Below, in pieces: positions 1 through 10,339 of a stretch of 55,682 nt of DNA; the stretch's first letter is position 1; every line of letters begins with the position of its first letter. The DNA comes from Cyanophora paradoxa CCMP329 (lineage: Eukaryota; Plantae; Glaucophyta). The DNA is taken from positions 1 to 55,682 of the forward strand of contig QPMI01000324.1 in NCBI GenBank assembly GCA_004431415.1, in the 5' to 3' direction. A program made the translations under genes and the position numbers. The notes beneath the pieces are model-generated. The model saw only the letters and a list, made by a program, of their open reading frames with translations, was not told where the DNA came from and made no database searches.

Positions 1-2699
1 CTGCAGGGCCGGCTGGCTCGCGCCAAGGAGAGCGGGGCCTTGGGGACGATGCCGCGGATGTAGGTCTCCCAGACGCCGCCGGCCTTGTAGGAGTAGAGGC
101 CGCACTTGGGGCCGAAGGCGGCGATGGTCTCGTCCAGCGCGCCGTTCTCGATGTCGGCGGCGAGGGCGGCGGAGGCGTCCGGGCCCTCCGTGCGCGAGAC
201 GTACTCGCAGATGCCCGCCACGCTCGTCATGCCGCCCTCCGTCTCCGAGCCGACGAGGTAGGTGGTGGGGTCGACGACGCAGTGGGTGATGATGAAGCGG
301 GTGAGGGAGCAGGAGGCCGTCTCCTGCCAGAAGGCGAGGCGCTTCTCCCGCAGCCACACCGGCTCGAAGGCCTGGATGCACGTCGCCTCGCCGTCGGAGA
401 GCGCGTGGATGATCTTCCAGGCGTAGGTGTAGGCCACCACGTTCAGCGCCGGCAGCTCGTTCTCGCGGATGTCGGCCTGGAGGTGGGTGCGCTTCTTGAG
501 CGGCTTGTGGTCGAGCGTGACGAGGACGATGCGCGAGAAGAACTCCAGCATGCGGTTCGCGAGCTGCGCGCGGGAGGGGTGAGAAAGGAAAGGAAAGGAA
601 AAGGAAAGGAGGGGGCGAACCTGCGGGAAGCCGTTGCAGACGATCACAAGCGACTTGCGCAGGGGCTTGCAGCGCCGGTCGTTGCCCTTCGCGAACTTGA
701 AGTTGCGAGCGTAGGCGTCGCCCGAGCGCATCTTGAGCTCCTCCTCCGTGCAGGCCTTCAGGTCAAGGCCCTCCGCCATGATCATGCAGAGCGCCTCCTC
801 GCCGCCGTGCTCCGAGAAGGCCGAGCCCCTGGAGGGGCGGTAGACGCAGATTTGACCCGGCGCATAGCACTCGTTCATGATCCCCGTCACCGTCGACTTG
901 CCTGCGCGCGCGGCCGCGGGGCGTCAGAGAGAAAAGGAAAAGGAAAGGAAAGGAAGGGGGCGAACCGGTGCCAGACTGGCCCTTGATGACGCCGCAGTAC
1001 TGCAGCTGGGCGCCCTCCGCCGGCGCCTCGAACTCCGCGCGCGGCGCACGGTCGAAGACGGGCTTGTCGCAGAAGTGCCACGGCCCGACGGTGTTGAAGG
1101 CGTAGAGGACGGCCGCCGCGTACCCGATCTCGTCCGGCGTCACGTAGCCGTTGTCCGCCAGGTGCTGAGCGCACTTGGGCATGTGGCCGATGAGCATGGA
1201 GAGGACGCGCGGGAAGTCGACGTTCGCCGCCGCCTCCTCGATGCCGTCCGGCAGGCGGCCCTGGATGTAGCAGGTGTTCATGTAGCCCTTGTACCGCTTC
1301 TCCGCCACCTCGTGCGTCATGATGAGGACGCAGGCGTCGCCGTTCTTGTCCTGCGGCGTCCGCACCACGAAATCTGCACAAGGGAGGGCGTCAGGGGGGT
1401 ACCGGGGGGGGGGGGGGGGGGGTAACGGCGCACGGGAGTCGCAGGCGAAGGGGTGCCCGGGATGACGGGCATCTCGGGGCAGACGTCGTGGAGCAAGAGA
1501 GACTTCTCCACGAATCGGCGGATCTCCCCGTGAGCACCTCCTTGGAGAAGGTGAACTCGAAGAGCTCGGGCTTGTCGCCGTACGCAGCGTGAAAGGCCAT
1601 CGCCAGCTTCGAGATCACCTCGTCCATCGTGCCGTTGCCCTCGAACTGCGTCGCGGTGACCTTCTCGTAGACGAAGCAGCCCGGCAGCTTCTGCATGAAG
1701 ACGGGGTCCTCCCGGGGGCCATCGGCCGCCGGCGCGCGATTCCCTGCGGGGCGCGGGCAAAAGGGCGTTAGCGGGGCTCGATCGAGGGGAGGGGGCGCAC
1801 CGGCCGGAGGCGGCCAGCGCCTTAAGCAGCTGGGCCACGGCCGCCTCCGGCTTCTAAGGGGGGCGGGCGCGCAGGCAAAGGGGCGCACCGACGCAGAAAT
1901 CCAGGCGCGCAGCGAGTCCTGGATGGCAGCCTTCTTGCGCGCCATGTTGTCGTCCTTGTGCGTCGTCACCCGTTCGTACCGGCGCGTGTTGATCACCGGC
2001 GCCGGGATGACCGTCGCCGCCAGCTCCGCCCGCGCCACCTCCAGCTTGTTCGCGCGCGGCGGCTCGTCGTCGCTTGCCGTCTCCAGGCCCTCGTCGTAGT
2101 CCTCCTCCGCCCCGCCTCCCGCCGCTGCCGCTGCCGCTCCTGCCGCTCGCGCTCCTTGCGCTGCTGGGCCGACGGGAGCGGGGCGCGCGCGGCGGCCGGA
2201 GGGGCGGAGGGGGCGGAGGGGCATGCGGCGAGGGAGGCGACGGGCGTGGCGCGGGCGTGGCCGGCGGCGGGAGCTGCGAGGGGCGCACCGGGCTGAACGC
2301 CGAGAGGTTGCCGCTCGGCGCCAGAGACGTCGGAGGCGGCGGGCTGGCGGGGGCACGGGGCGGGCGGGCGCGGGGCGAGGCGAGGGCGGCCTGGGGCCAG
2401 CGTCGCCGGGCTCGTCGTCCGAGAACTCCTCCACGGGCGCGGCGGGCGCCGTCGAGGGAGGGGGAGGCGGGAGGGGTAGAACTCGTCGACGGGGGCTCGG
2501 GCTCGAAGGTGTCCCCCGCCGCCGCCGCCAGCTCGGCGTCGGCCTCGCCCTCGCGCTCGCGCTCGCGCTCCAGCTCCATCGCGTACTCCTCCGCCACCTC
2601 CAGCTCGCGCGCCGCCTTCGCGTCCGCCGCCGCCGCCAGCGCGGCCTCCTCCTCCATCTCGCGCTCGGCCTCCAGCTCCTCCTCTGAGGGCAGGGTCAT
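1..2699 (-). CDS. D5-like superfamily 3 helicase, multi-exon, 3' end outside window
   Basis: Splicing GT-AG introns 1374-1433, 902-965 and 564-620 gives LQYCGVIKGQSGTGKSTVTGIM (Walker A), LCMIMAE (Walker B-like), LVIVCN (motif C), FFSRIVLV (Arg finger) and a D5-like C-terminal LTRFIITHC. The N-terminus from ATG 2699 is acidic/Pro-rich. Further probable introns lie in 1744-1888, and there are 1-bp frameshifts in G/C runs (e.g. ~1527). Confidence 0.8.
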
Positions 2700-2727
2700 T
2701 CCTTCGCGCCTCTGGAACGCCCTAGGC

Positions 2728-4440
2728 TCAGAAATTAGGGGCGGGAGGGCGCACCGGTCGGCTGAGGGTCCGCCGCCTTGGGGGCCGCCGCCTCGGGGGC
2801 CGCCGCCTCGGGGGCCGCCGCCTCCATCTGCTCGCCGAGACCGCGCCGCGCCGCCGGGGCAGGCGCGTCCTCCTTCTCGAACTTGAGGTTGATGTAGGCG
2901 ACCTTGCCCTTGCCCTTGCCCTTCGCCTGGGCCTGGCCTGGGCCACGCGCATGGCGCGCGCGAGGCCCTCCGCCGTGATCTTGCTAACTCCGGCCCCGTC
3001 GCCGGAGGCGGAGGCCGTCGCCTCGCCGATCGCCGCCTTGAAGACGGCGGTCATCTCCCGGCCGGCGCGCGGCAGGCTCCGCGCCCGCTCGAGCTCCTCC
3101 TCCGTGAAGTCCAGCGCCCGGGCCGCGGCGGCGGCCTCGGCGTCGCGCTCCTCCTCGGAATCCGAGCCGGAATCCGAGGACTCCGTGGCCGCGAGCATGG
3201 GGCGGGGCGGGAGGCGGCGGCGACGGCGGCGGCGGCCGCCTTGTCGAAGACGGGGACGAAGAAGGCGAGGGCGAGGGTGCGCCGCGGCACCACGTACTTC
3301 ACGGCGCCGTGGATCATGGGGCGCCGTGCGAGTCCGGCATCGAGCACCGCCGGATGACCTGCGAGGGGTTTAAATGGCATCTAAATAGTCTAAATAGCAT
3401 CTAAATAGTCTAAATAGCATCTAAATAGCATCCAAATAGAAACGGCGCACCTGCACGCGGTCGCCGATGGTGACGCCGGGCACCTCGAACTCCGGAACCA
3501 GGTCGAAGGCGCAGATGCCCTGGCGCCCGTGGCGGTCCCGGCACGTCCGGCAGGCCGCCTCCAGCACGATGCGGATGGCGTAGGCGTCGGTGAGGACGCC
3601 GGTGTCCGGCCGCTCGCCCCAGACCGCCGAGCTCTCGTGCGCGTGATGAAGTCGCGGCTGTTCTTCTTGATGCAGCGCACCTCGATGCCCATGATGCCCT
3701 TCGCCAGCATCTGCGGGCCGGCGGGGGTCGGCGGGGAGGGCGGCCGCGGCTGCACGGGCGGCTGGGGCGCACCTCGGCTTGTAGGCCGGGTCCGAGCTGA
3801 GCACCAGCAGCCAGAGCAGGTGCCCGGCCGCCTCCGCCATGCGGTTGAAGTAAACTCCTCCGGGCCCGCCAGCAGCCAATCGTGCGCAACTCGCCCTTGG
3901 CGATGTGCCGGGGCACGGCGCCCATGAGCAGCGCAGGCGCTGCGCCGCGAACAGCCGGCGGGCGTCGGTATCGCGCCCGGCTTCGGCTTGCTCGGCGTGT
4001 CGAAGTTCTCCTCCGTCATGTTCAGCGCCGCGTGCATCGCCCGCACGTCCGCGTCCTGCGATGCGCCGCGGCGCCTCAGCCGCTGCGAGCGCAGAGAGAA
4101 AGAGGCAGCGAGCACCTCCGCGAGCCGCAGCCGCGACAGGACGGAGTCGATGGAGAACTGCACCGACGGGCCGGGGCGCCCTCGAGGTTCAAGGTCCGCG
4201 CCGCGGCCAGCTTGCGCTTGCGCTCGGCCAGCTCGGTCTTGCGCAGCACATCCTTGCTGTTCGGGCTGAACTGCATGCCGTCCTCCAGCGCCCGGCCTGC
4301 GCCTCCTTTGCCTGGTCGCTGATGCCGGCCTCGAAGACCGTCCAATCGATGCCGAAGCTGTCGCCGATGCAGAGAACGTCGTACAGCGTGTTCCTCGCCA
4401 GCTTAGCCGGGATCTCCGGAGGGAGCGCGAGCCGAGACAT
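2728..4440 (-). CDS. hypothetical multi-exon protein (orphan), model frameshifted
   Basis: ATG at 4440 (MSRLALPPEIPAKLARNTLYDVLC), GC3-rich exons, GT-AG introns (e.g. 3359-3450), segment EAACRTCRDRHGRQGIC; several homopolymer frameshifts; 3' end uncertain; no family recognised. Confidence 0.5.
3372..3439. repeat. AT-rich minisatellite (TCTAAATAG/CATCTAAATAG) inside an intron
   Basis: About 6 copies of the TCTAAATAG core within intron 3359-3450. Confidence 0.85.
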
Positions 4441-4768
4441 GCTGCCGCCGCTGCTGCTGCCGCCGCTGCTGCGAGTGCTGCGCGCGGGCTGCGAAGGCTT
4501 TGGCGCCAAGTTTCCAGCTGGTTTGAACGAGCGGCTTGCATTGCATCGCCAGAGAGAAAAAGCGAGAAACCGACGGGGGGTTGCAGCCTGGGGGGGTACG
4601 CGATTTTGAGGGGGGGAGAAGCGCGCTTCAAGTCTGAGTCTTTGCGAGTTAGGGGGGGAAGAAGTCAACGGGGGAATAAACCGTGAACGGAATCCGTTGA
4701 GACGTTGTTGTGAACCCCGCGGGCACTAACAGCTGCGCACGTAGTTCGTTGAACCCGTCTGCCGCACC

Positions 4769-7549
4769 ATGCAGGCGGCGACCTTCCGCTCCTGCGCGAA
4801 GCAGCAGCAGCCCGGCGAGCAGGACAGCATAGCCCGCGATCTCGGCAGCCTATCGGCGGAGGAGGCGCTCAACGCGATGACCTACGATAGCGTGTTCAAC
4901 TCGGCCGGCGTGCCGCGCTTCGAGCCGTTCGGCGGGCTGAAGAAGATCCAGAACACGGACGGCCACCCGAAGCGCTTGAAGACCAAGGGCCAGTTCACGC
5001 CGGTGAATAAGTTCAACGAGGTTCGCGGTGTCGCCCGCACCGCTTCGGCCCCGGCTCACATGCCCCGGCTCGCGTGCCCCGCGCGCAGATCGTGCCTTAC
5101 AGCATTCACGAGCTGCCGGAGTATGTGAAGGCGAAGTACGGCTTCACGCACGGCGATGTGGCGCTGTTGCTGATGTCCGACAATGCGGCGGCGGGCTGCT
5201 TCAACAGCATCGCGCTCCATCGCGATTTCCATCCGCGCGCGATCTTCTCCGGCACTCCGGAGCAGAAGGAGTTCCTTGCGGACCTCAAATCCGGCAGCGG
5301 CGGCGCCCACGGGGTGAGCGCCCTTCCCTGCGCTCGCGTGCCCGCGCCTGCTCACGCCCGGGCCGCCGCAGCTCTTGATCGCGCGGGATCAGTGCCTGTC
5401 GTCGGTGGTGGAGAAGGAGAAGGCCAGCCCGTCCGGCCTCGGCGTTCGGTGCGATTACGTCATCGTCACCAAGCGCATCAACCCGACGTACGCCAAGAAG
5501 TACGACCTCAACTTCGTCTACGTGAAGGAGGGGCCGCCGGCCTCGCAGTACACCGTCACCGTCCAGGCCGGCATCTGCGCCGGCGAGACCACCAACGGCG
5601 CGTACCACGGCGTCAGCACGCTCCCGTCCGGCGGCTTCTTCGACGTCGTTGATCACATGTTCCTCTCCTGCGCCGATGACATTTACGTGCGCGAGAGCCC
5701 GCCCTTTCCCCTTTCCCCTGCCCCTGCGCGCGCTAAGGTCGCGTCCGCAGGTCGGAGAGAACCCAAGCGCGGAGAGCCCGCTGGGCTACGCGTACTGGCT
5801 GGTCAGCGTGCAGAAGGTGCTCTCCTGCGCGGCCCTTCGGAAGTACGCCAGCGTCTGCGACTCCGGCATGCGGCCCCAGCTCCAGCTTCTCGTGGATCAG
5901 GGCCGGAGCGACGAGACCCGCCAGCGCCACCGCGATCTCGCGCGGGCGGCCGTGCTGAAGCTGGAGGAGGTTCTGCGCGAGGGCCACCCAAACGGGCCGG
6001 CCCGCGCCCGTGAGATCCTCTCGGCGGCCATCTCCGTGATCGTCGGCGAGCTCTCGCACACGGTCCACCGCCGCCCCGCTTAGCCCGCCTCTCCTCCCTG
6101 ACCCCGGGCCCTCGGAGCGCAGGAGGAGTCGGACGTTCTCACGGCGCGGGCGGACGAGTTCCAGCGCCAGGCGGAGAAGATCAAGTGCTGGTACGAGAAG
6201 GTGAAGAAGGCGGAGGAGACGGACCTGCGCGACTGGGGCAGCAAGAGCGGCGACGCCGAATTCGACCGCGACAAGCTCAAGCGCGTCTTCTTCTGGATGC
6301 GCATCTGCGCCAAGCTGGAGGCGGAGATGGACGAGTGGCACATCGAGGGCGTCCGTCTGGCGAAGGTGATGATCGCCATGGAGTGGGGCCACGGCCACCC
6401 GGCGCGCAAGGAGTGCAGCATGCTGGCCAAGGAGATCGGCCGCCGGGCCGCTACATCAAGGAGGTGGCCTACGGCATCGAATGTGCGTCCACCCCGCCCT
6501 TAGCCTGCGCCCCCGCCCTTGGCCTGCGCCCCGCGCTCTCCCCGCTCACCCCCTCTCCCGCAGTTACCATCCCGCTCGTCCAATTCTTCCAGCGCGAGTT
6601 TGTGCTGATCCAGGCCTCCATCATCAAGATCGGGTCGCTCTCCGCCAAGGAGGTGGACGAGGCAAGGGACGAGGGCCAGGCGGAGGCGGAGGCGCGCTGG
6701 GACGATGCGGCGTTCAGCGCCGTCTGGGCGTCGGGGACAACGCGCTCTCGCCCCCGCCCCGTTCGGCTTCAGCGGGCGGCCCGCGCTGGCGTTCGACGAG
6801 CACGGCCTCCCCGAGCTGGCGGACTGGGACGTCGAGGCGCCGGTGCCCGCGCCCTTCCCCCTTCCTCTCCTCCTCGGCCCTCTCACCGCCTCCTCCAGCC
6901 CCCGGCGTCCTCGGCTCCGGCGTCCTTGGCTCCGGCGCCCTCGGCCCCGGCCCTCTGCCCCACCTACGGAGAGAGGTGTGCCCACCGCGCCGATTGCGCC
7001 CTCAACGGCTCCCACCTCCTGCCCGCCAAGAAGGCCCGCCTCGGCCTCATCTCACCCCACCCTCTCAGCCCGGTGAGTGACTCTGAATCGGAGGGCTCGG
7101 AGGCCTATAGCACGCCCCGCGACCCCGACGCCCCGCCCCACAAGGCCGGCGCCTTCGGCTTCTGTAAGTGACGCCCCCACGCAGGCCCTGCCGACGCCGC
7201 CCGTCGCCAACCGCGAGCCCCTCGTCCAGGTGAGTGGCCGGGCTGCCGCGAGTGGCGGCTCGAGAACTTCTCGGCTCAGGTCCCCGCCACGCAGCAGGCC
7301 CGCGCGATCCCGGCCTCGCCGCCCGTCGTCCCCGTCGCCGTCGCCGTGGAGGGCGGCGTCTTCGACATGGAGCTGGAGCCGGCACCCTCGCAGGCCTCAC
7401 TCGCCTCGGCGCGCTCGGCGGCCCTCGCCACGCAGGGCTCGGCCGCCCCGGGCTCGCCGCCGCCGTCGCAGGCCTCGGCCGTCGCCAACTCGCCGTACGA
7501 TGACATGCCGCCGGTACTCAGCCCCGAGGACGACTTCCCGGGCCACTGA
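4769..7549 (+). CDS. hypothetical multi-exon protein (orphan)
   Basis: Introns 5021-5088, 5314-5371, 5687-5750, 6063-6122 and 6483-6563 join ORF-track segments in frame (KFNE|IVPY, GAHG|LLIA, DDIY|VGEN, LSHT|EESD). One frameshift near 6445; 3' exons to TGA 7549 are tentative. Confidence 0.65.
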
Positions 7550-7897
7550 ACGACACTGAGACGGTGAGCGCAGGCCCGCCCCGCCCTCCAGCCCCTCTCC
7601 GAGCAAATGGTCCACAACGCCATAGTGGACGCCATGTGGGATAACAGGGGCCGCCTCCCCCACCCCTTCCGCTACGTCTCTATGGCCCTCCGCGGCCTCG
7701 CCTTCCCGCCCCCCTGCACCGAGCAGCTCAACCAAATCCTGCGCGGTCTGATTCATTACAGACTCGCCTACCCGGCCTGGGCCTGAGCCGCTACATCAGC
7801 GCGTACGTCTTGAACTCCCTAAGCGCTGTCCGGGGTCATTGGAATATTGGTATTTGTCTTACAAGGGCCTGGGACGAAAGTAGTCCACCTAAGAGAT

Positions 7898-7948
7898 GTG
7901 TCCGGACCCTCCCAATAATCATATAGAGTATTGGAAAGGTCCGGACAC
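7898..7948 (-). terminator. 20-bp stem-loop at the YqaJ stop codon, putative 3'-end signal
   Basis: Minus-strand RNA GUGUCCGGACCUUUCCAAUA-11 nt loop-UAUUGGGAGGGUCCGGACAC pairs fully with two G-U wobbles; on the plus strand these positions are C-A mismatches. Confidence 0.6.
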
Positions 7949-8604
7949 TAGAGGAGGGCGTACGACTTAAACTCGCGCAGCGCCGCCTGCTCCTCGCTGA
8001 GGTTCTCTAACTTCATTCGATCGCTGTAGGGCTCGGGCGGCGTACCCTCCTTGACGTGCATCCAAAATAGATGTAAGCACTTCCTCATGAGCTCGATGTA
8101 CCTCTCGTCGCGCCTGACGTACCACGTTTGCACGCGCAGAGGAGTGAAGCAAAAAAGTTCGGCCCACTCGCGGCCCGTGATGTCCAGAAGTCCTTGCAGT
8201 TGAGGCATATAATAGGTAGGAACTCTATCATAAAGTTCGCCCTTGTACGGGCATTTCACCTCTAAAATTCTATCATTTCCTATAAGTCCGTCGGGACTAC
8301 CGGCGAGGAACGGCATTTCTTTATGTTCGTGCAGTCCAGTATGTTTAATGTCAACGTTATCGTTCAGTGCCTTGTAGATAGAGACCGCGAGGGGCTCATA
8401 ATCATGCCCATAGGTTAGGGCAGGGTTGTCAAAGTTGTTTTCCTCCGCTATCCCGCTTAGCTCCGCCCACAGGCGGGCCCTGGATTTCCAGGGGTTTATG
8501 CCGCACGCAGCCGCAAAATTAGATGCAGTTAGTTTTTCACGGCGCGCCGCGTGCCACGCCGCGCTCCCCTGTTGCAAAGTCTCGCAATCTGTATCGGTAT
8601 GCAT
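7948..8604 (-). CDS. YqaJ-like viral recombinase / lambda-exonuclease family nuclease
   Basis: Intronless 218 aa with QGSAAWHAAR..LTAS, YGHDYE, LAGSPDG..LEVKCPY (PD-(D/E)xK) and YYMPQLQ motifs. Confidence 0.93.
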   Translation of the reverse strand: MHTDTDCETLQQGSAAWHAARREKLTASNFAAACGINPWKSRARLWAELSGIAEENNFDNPALTYGHDYEPLAVSIYKALNDNVDIKHTGLHEHKEMPFLAGSPDGLIGNDRILEVKCPYKGELYDRVPTYYMPQLQGLLDITGREWAELFCFTPLRVQTWYVRRDERYIELMRKCLHLFWMHVKEGTPPEPYSDRMKLENLSEEQAALREFKSYALL

Positions 8605-8654
8605 AGCTTAGCCTCGCAGTAGCGTTTAGAATTTCTTGATGTGTGCAATTACAA

Positions 8655-9356
8655 ATGTCTGATGCACAGGCAGAGCCCAAGGATGTGATCGCGGAGTTCA
8701 TAGATCAGGTCAAGGACCTTAGACGCTGGGTGGTTGAGCGGGCCTCGCGACCGAATCAACAGCGCCAAACTTTGCGAGTGCTAGAGCTGGCCCAGGCAGG
8801 GTGGCTCGATTCGCATCACAACGCTGGCGGTGCCCATTACTTTCGGAGCCACGACGAGGGCAGGATTATCGACGAGTTCAAGCGCATCTGGTTCGCCCTG
8901 GGCTCCAAGCTCAGCATACTCTCGACCCTCCCCGACCAAATTCGAATGCAAATCCTCGAGTGGTACGCAAAGGCAAGGGATTCGCAATGGGACGACGTAA
9001 ATAGGCGCGACCTCTCGCGCTTGCGCGCGGCCGTCACGGCGTACGTCACGGGCTATGAGTATCATCGCGCCAAAGATCCCAACTACGACGTCGAGCCGAT
9101 TCCGGGAAATCTGGTACCCCTGGGATGGGAAAGATACCCCGAGTACTCGTGGAACAGGGGCCTCAACCCCCCGCGCCAGGCCCTGCCAGCCCCGCCCGCC
9201 CCACCGATAAACGCCCCCGCCCCGCGTGACGTCAGACGGGACATACGCGAATGGGAGGAGTGGAGCAACGACCCGAAGAACTGGCTACCCGGGGAGGCGG
9301 AGATGCGGAAGCGCGCGAGGCTGATGCCCGGCGACAGGTACCCCGACCGCGAGTAG
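8655..9356 (+). CDS. hypothetical protein A (paralogue of 9391-10131)
   Basis: Intronless ORF of ~233 aa with globular composition, divergent from YqaJ across a 50-bp gap; shares ordered motifs with the next ORF. Confidence 0.75.
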   Translation: MSDAQAEPKDVIAEFIDQVKDLRRWVVERASRPNQQRQTLRVLELAQAGWLDSHHNAGGAHYFRSHDEGRIIDEFKRIWFALGSKLSILSTLPDQIRMQILEWYAKARDSQWDDVNRRDLSRLRAAVTAYVTGYEYHRAKDPNYDVEPIPGNLVPLGWERYPEYSWNRGLNPPRQALPAPPAPPINAPAPRDVRRDIREWEEWSNDPKNWLPGEAEMRKRARLMPGDRYPDRE

Positions 9357-9390
9357 GGGTACAGGTATAAATTCTCACCGAGCCGCGAGC

Positions 9391-10131
9391 ATGGCGCGAA
9401 CCCGCGAGTCCGACGTGCTGTACAACAACGGCGACCTGGACGGGGAGATTCGTCAGCGGAACGTGGACTTGGAGGATGCGAACGCAGTGCTGGAGGGGAG
9501 GCGCACGTCCTCAGGGGGCGGCTCGCCGGCGGAGAACTTCATGGAGCGCGTGCTGTACCTGGTGCGCTGGATTAGAGACGAATTCCACGACGAGCGGGAG
9601 CTCCCGGACAGGGAGATGATCAGGGCCGCGGGCTTGATGGGTATGACAGAGAACCCGAGATCGTACCTGAGGCGCGAACGCAGGGATCTGAACGGCGATT
9701 GGGCGGACCTACAAGCGCTGTGGACGGCCTTTGCGAACCGCAAGAGCCAGATCCTTGCCCTGCCCGCGCAGGTACAGCAGCGTATCATTGATTTCGTAGC
9801 CCCCTGGCGCGACGAGTCCCTCCAGCAGCCATTCATGCAACCACGCTTCCTCTCCGGGCTCAGGAGCGTGTTCTTCCACTTGGCCGTGAGCAGCGACCGG
9901 TATTTCACACCGCAGAGGATCGTTCACGGCGAATTCGGCATACCCCCCGAGTGGCTGAATTTTGCCACCGTACCCCCTTCCCCACCCCGCCTCGAAGGCC
10001 CCCCCTCCCCTACCCCCGACCAGCGTGAGTCACTCAAGCGTCAGAGGGAGGTACGCGAATGGATGGACGACACCAGCCACTGGGTACAGGGCGAGGCCGA
10101 ATTACGCAAGTTCGGAAGGTTCGGGCAGTAA
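9391..10131 (+). CDS. hypothetical protein B (paralogue of 8655-9356)
   Basis: Intronless 246 aa; C-terminus WMDDTSHWVQGEAELRK versus WSNDPKNWLPGEAEMRK in protein A. Confidence 0.75.
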   Translation: MARTRESDVLYNNGDLDGEIRQRNVDLEDANAVLEGRRTSSGGGSPAENFMERVLYLVRWIRDEFHDERELPDREMIRAAGLMGMTENPRSYLRRERRDLNGDWADLQALWTAFANRKSQILALPAQVQQRIIDFVAPWRDESLQQPFMQPRFLSGLRSVFFHLAVSSDRYFTPQRIVHGEFGIPPEWLNFATVPPSPPRLEGPPSPTPDQRESLKRQREVREWMDDTSHWVQGEAELRKFGRFGQ

Positions 10132-10339
10132 CAGCGGGGGGTACAGCATTCAGTTAGCGCGCGAGAGGGTTAGAGGCTGGGAGGCCTGGGGGGGTACGTC
10201 AGACGTGTTAGTCCCCTGCCTCCCTGAATGCAATATAACAATGTAACCTCCGTGACGCGTGACTCATCAAACCTCCGAGGGTTAACAATGCATTGACAGC
10301 GAAAGGGCAAGCTCGAGAGCTCAACGCTTCACAAAGGCC

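Larger units (their letters stand above)
1..10250. mobile_element. putative endogenous virus-like / giant mobile element segment
   Basis: D5-like helicase, YqaJ and four orphan genes packed with ~30-400 bp intergenic gaps; boundaries are not defined. Confidence 0.55.

Noticed and set aside
1500-6800. Calling the viral-like genes pseudogenes because of frameshifts
   Set aside because: The shifts fall mostly in G/C runs, and similar homopolymer shortening is seen in the satellite, so sequencing error is at least as likely.
282-7756. Numerous overlapping Arg/Pro/Ala-rich ORFs in the track
   Set aside because: Shadow frames of GC-rich spliced genes; only exon frames joined by GT-AG introns were kept.
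7868-7890. Hammerhead ribozyme (GGACGAAA)
   Set aside because: No CUGANGA core in a compatible position.
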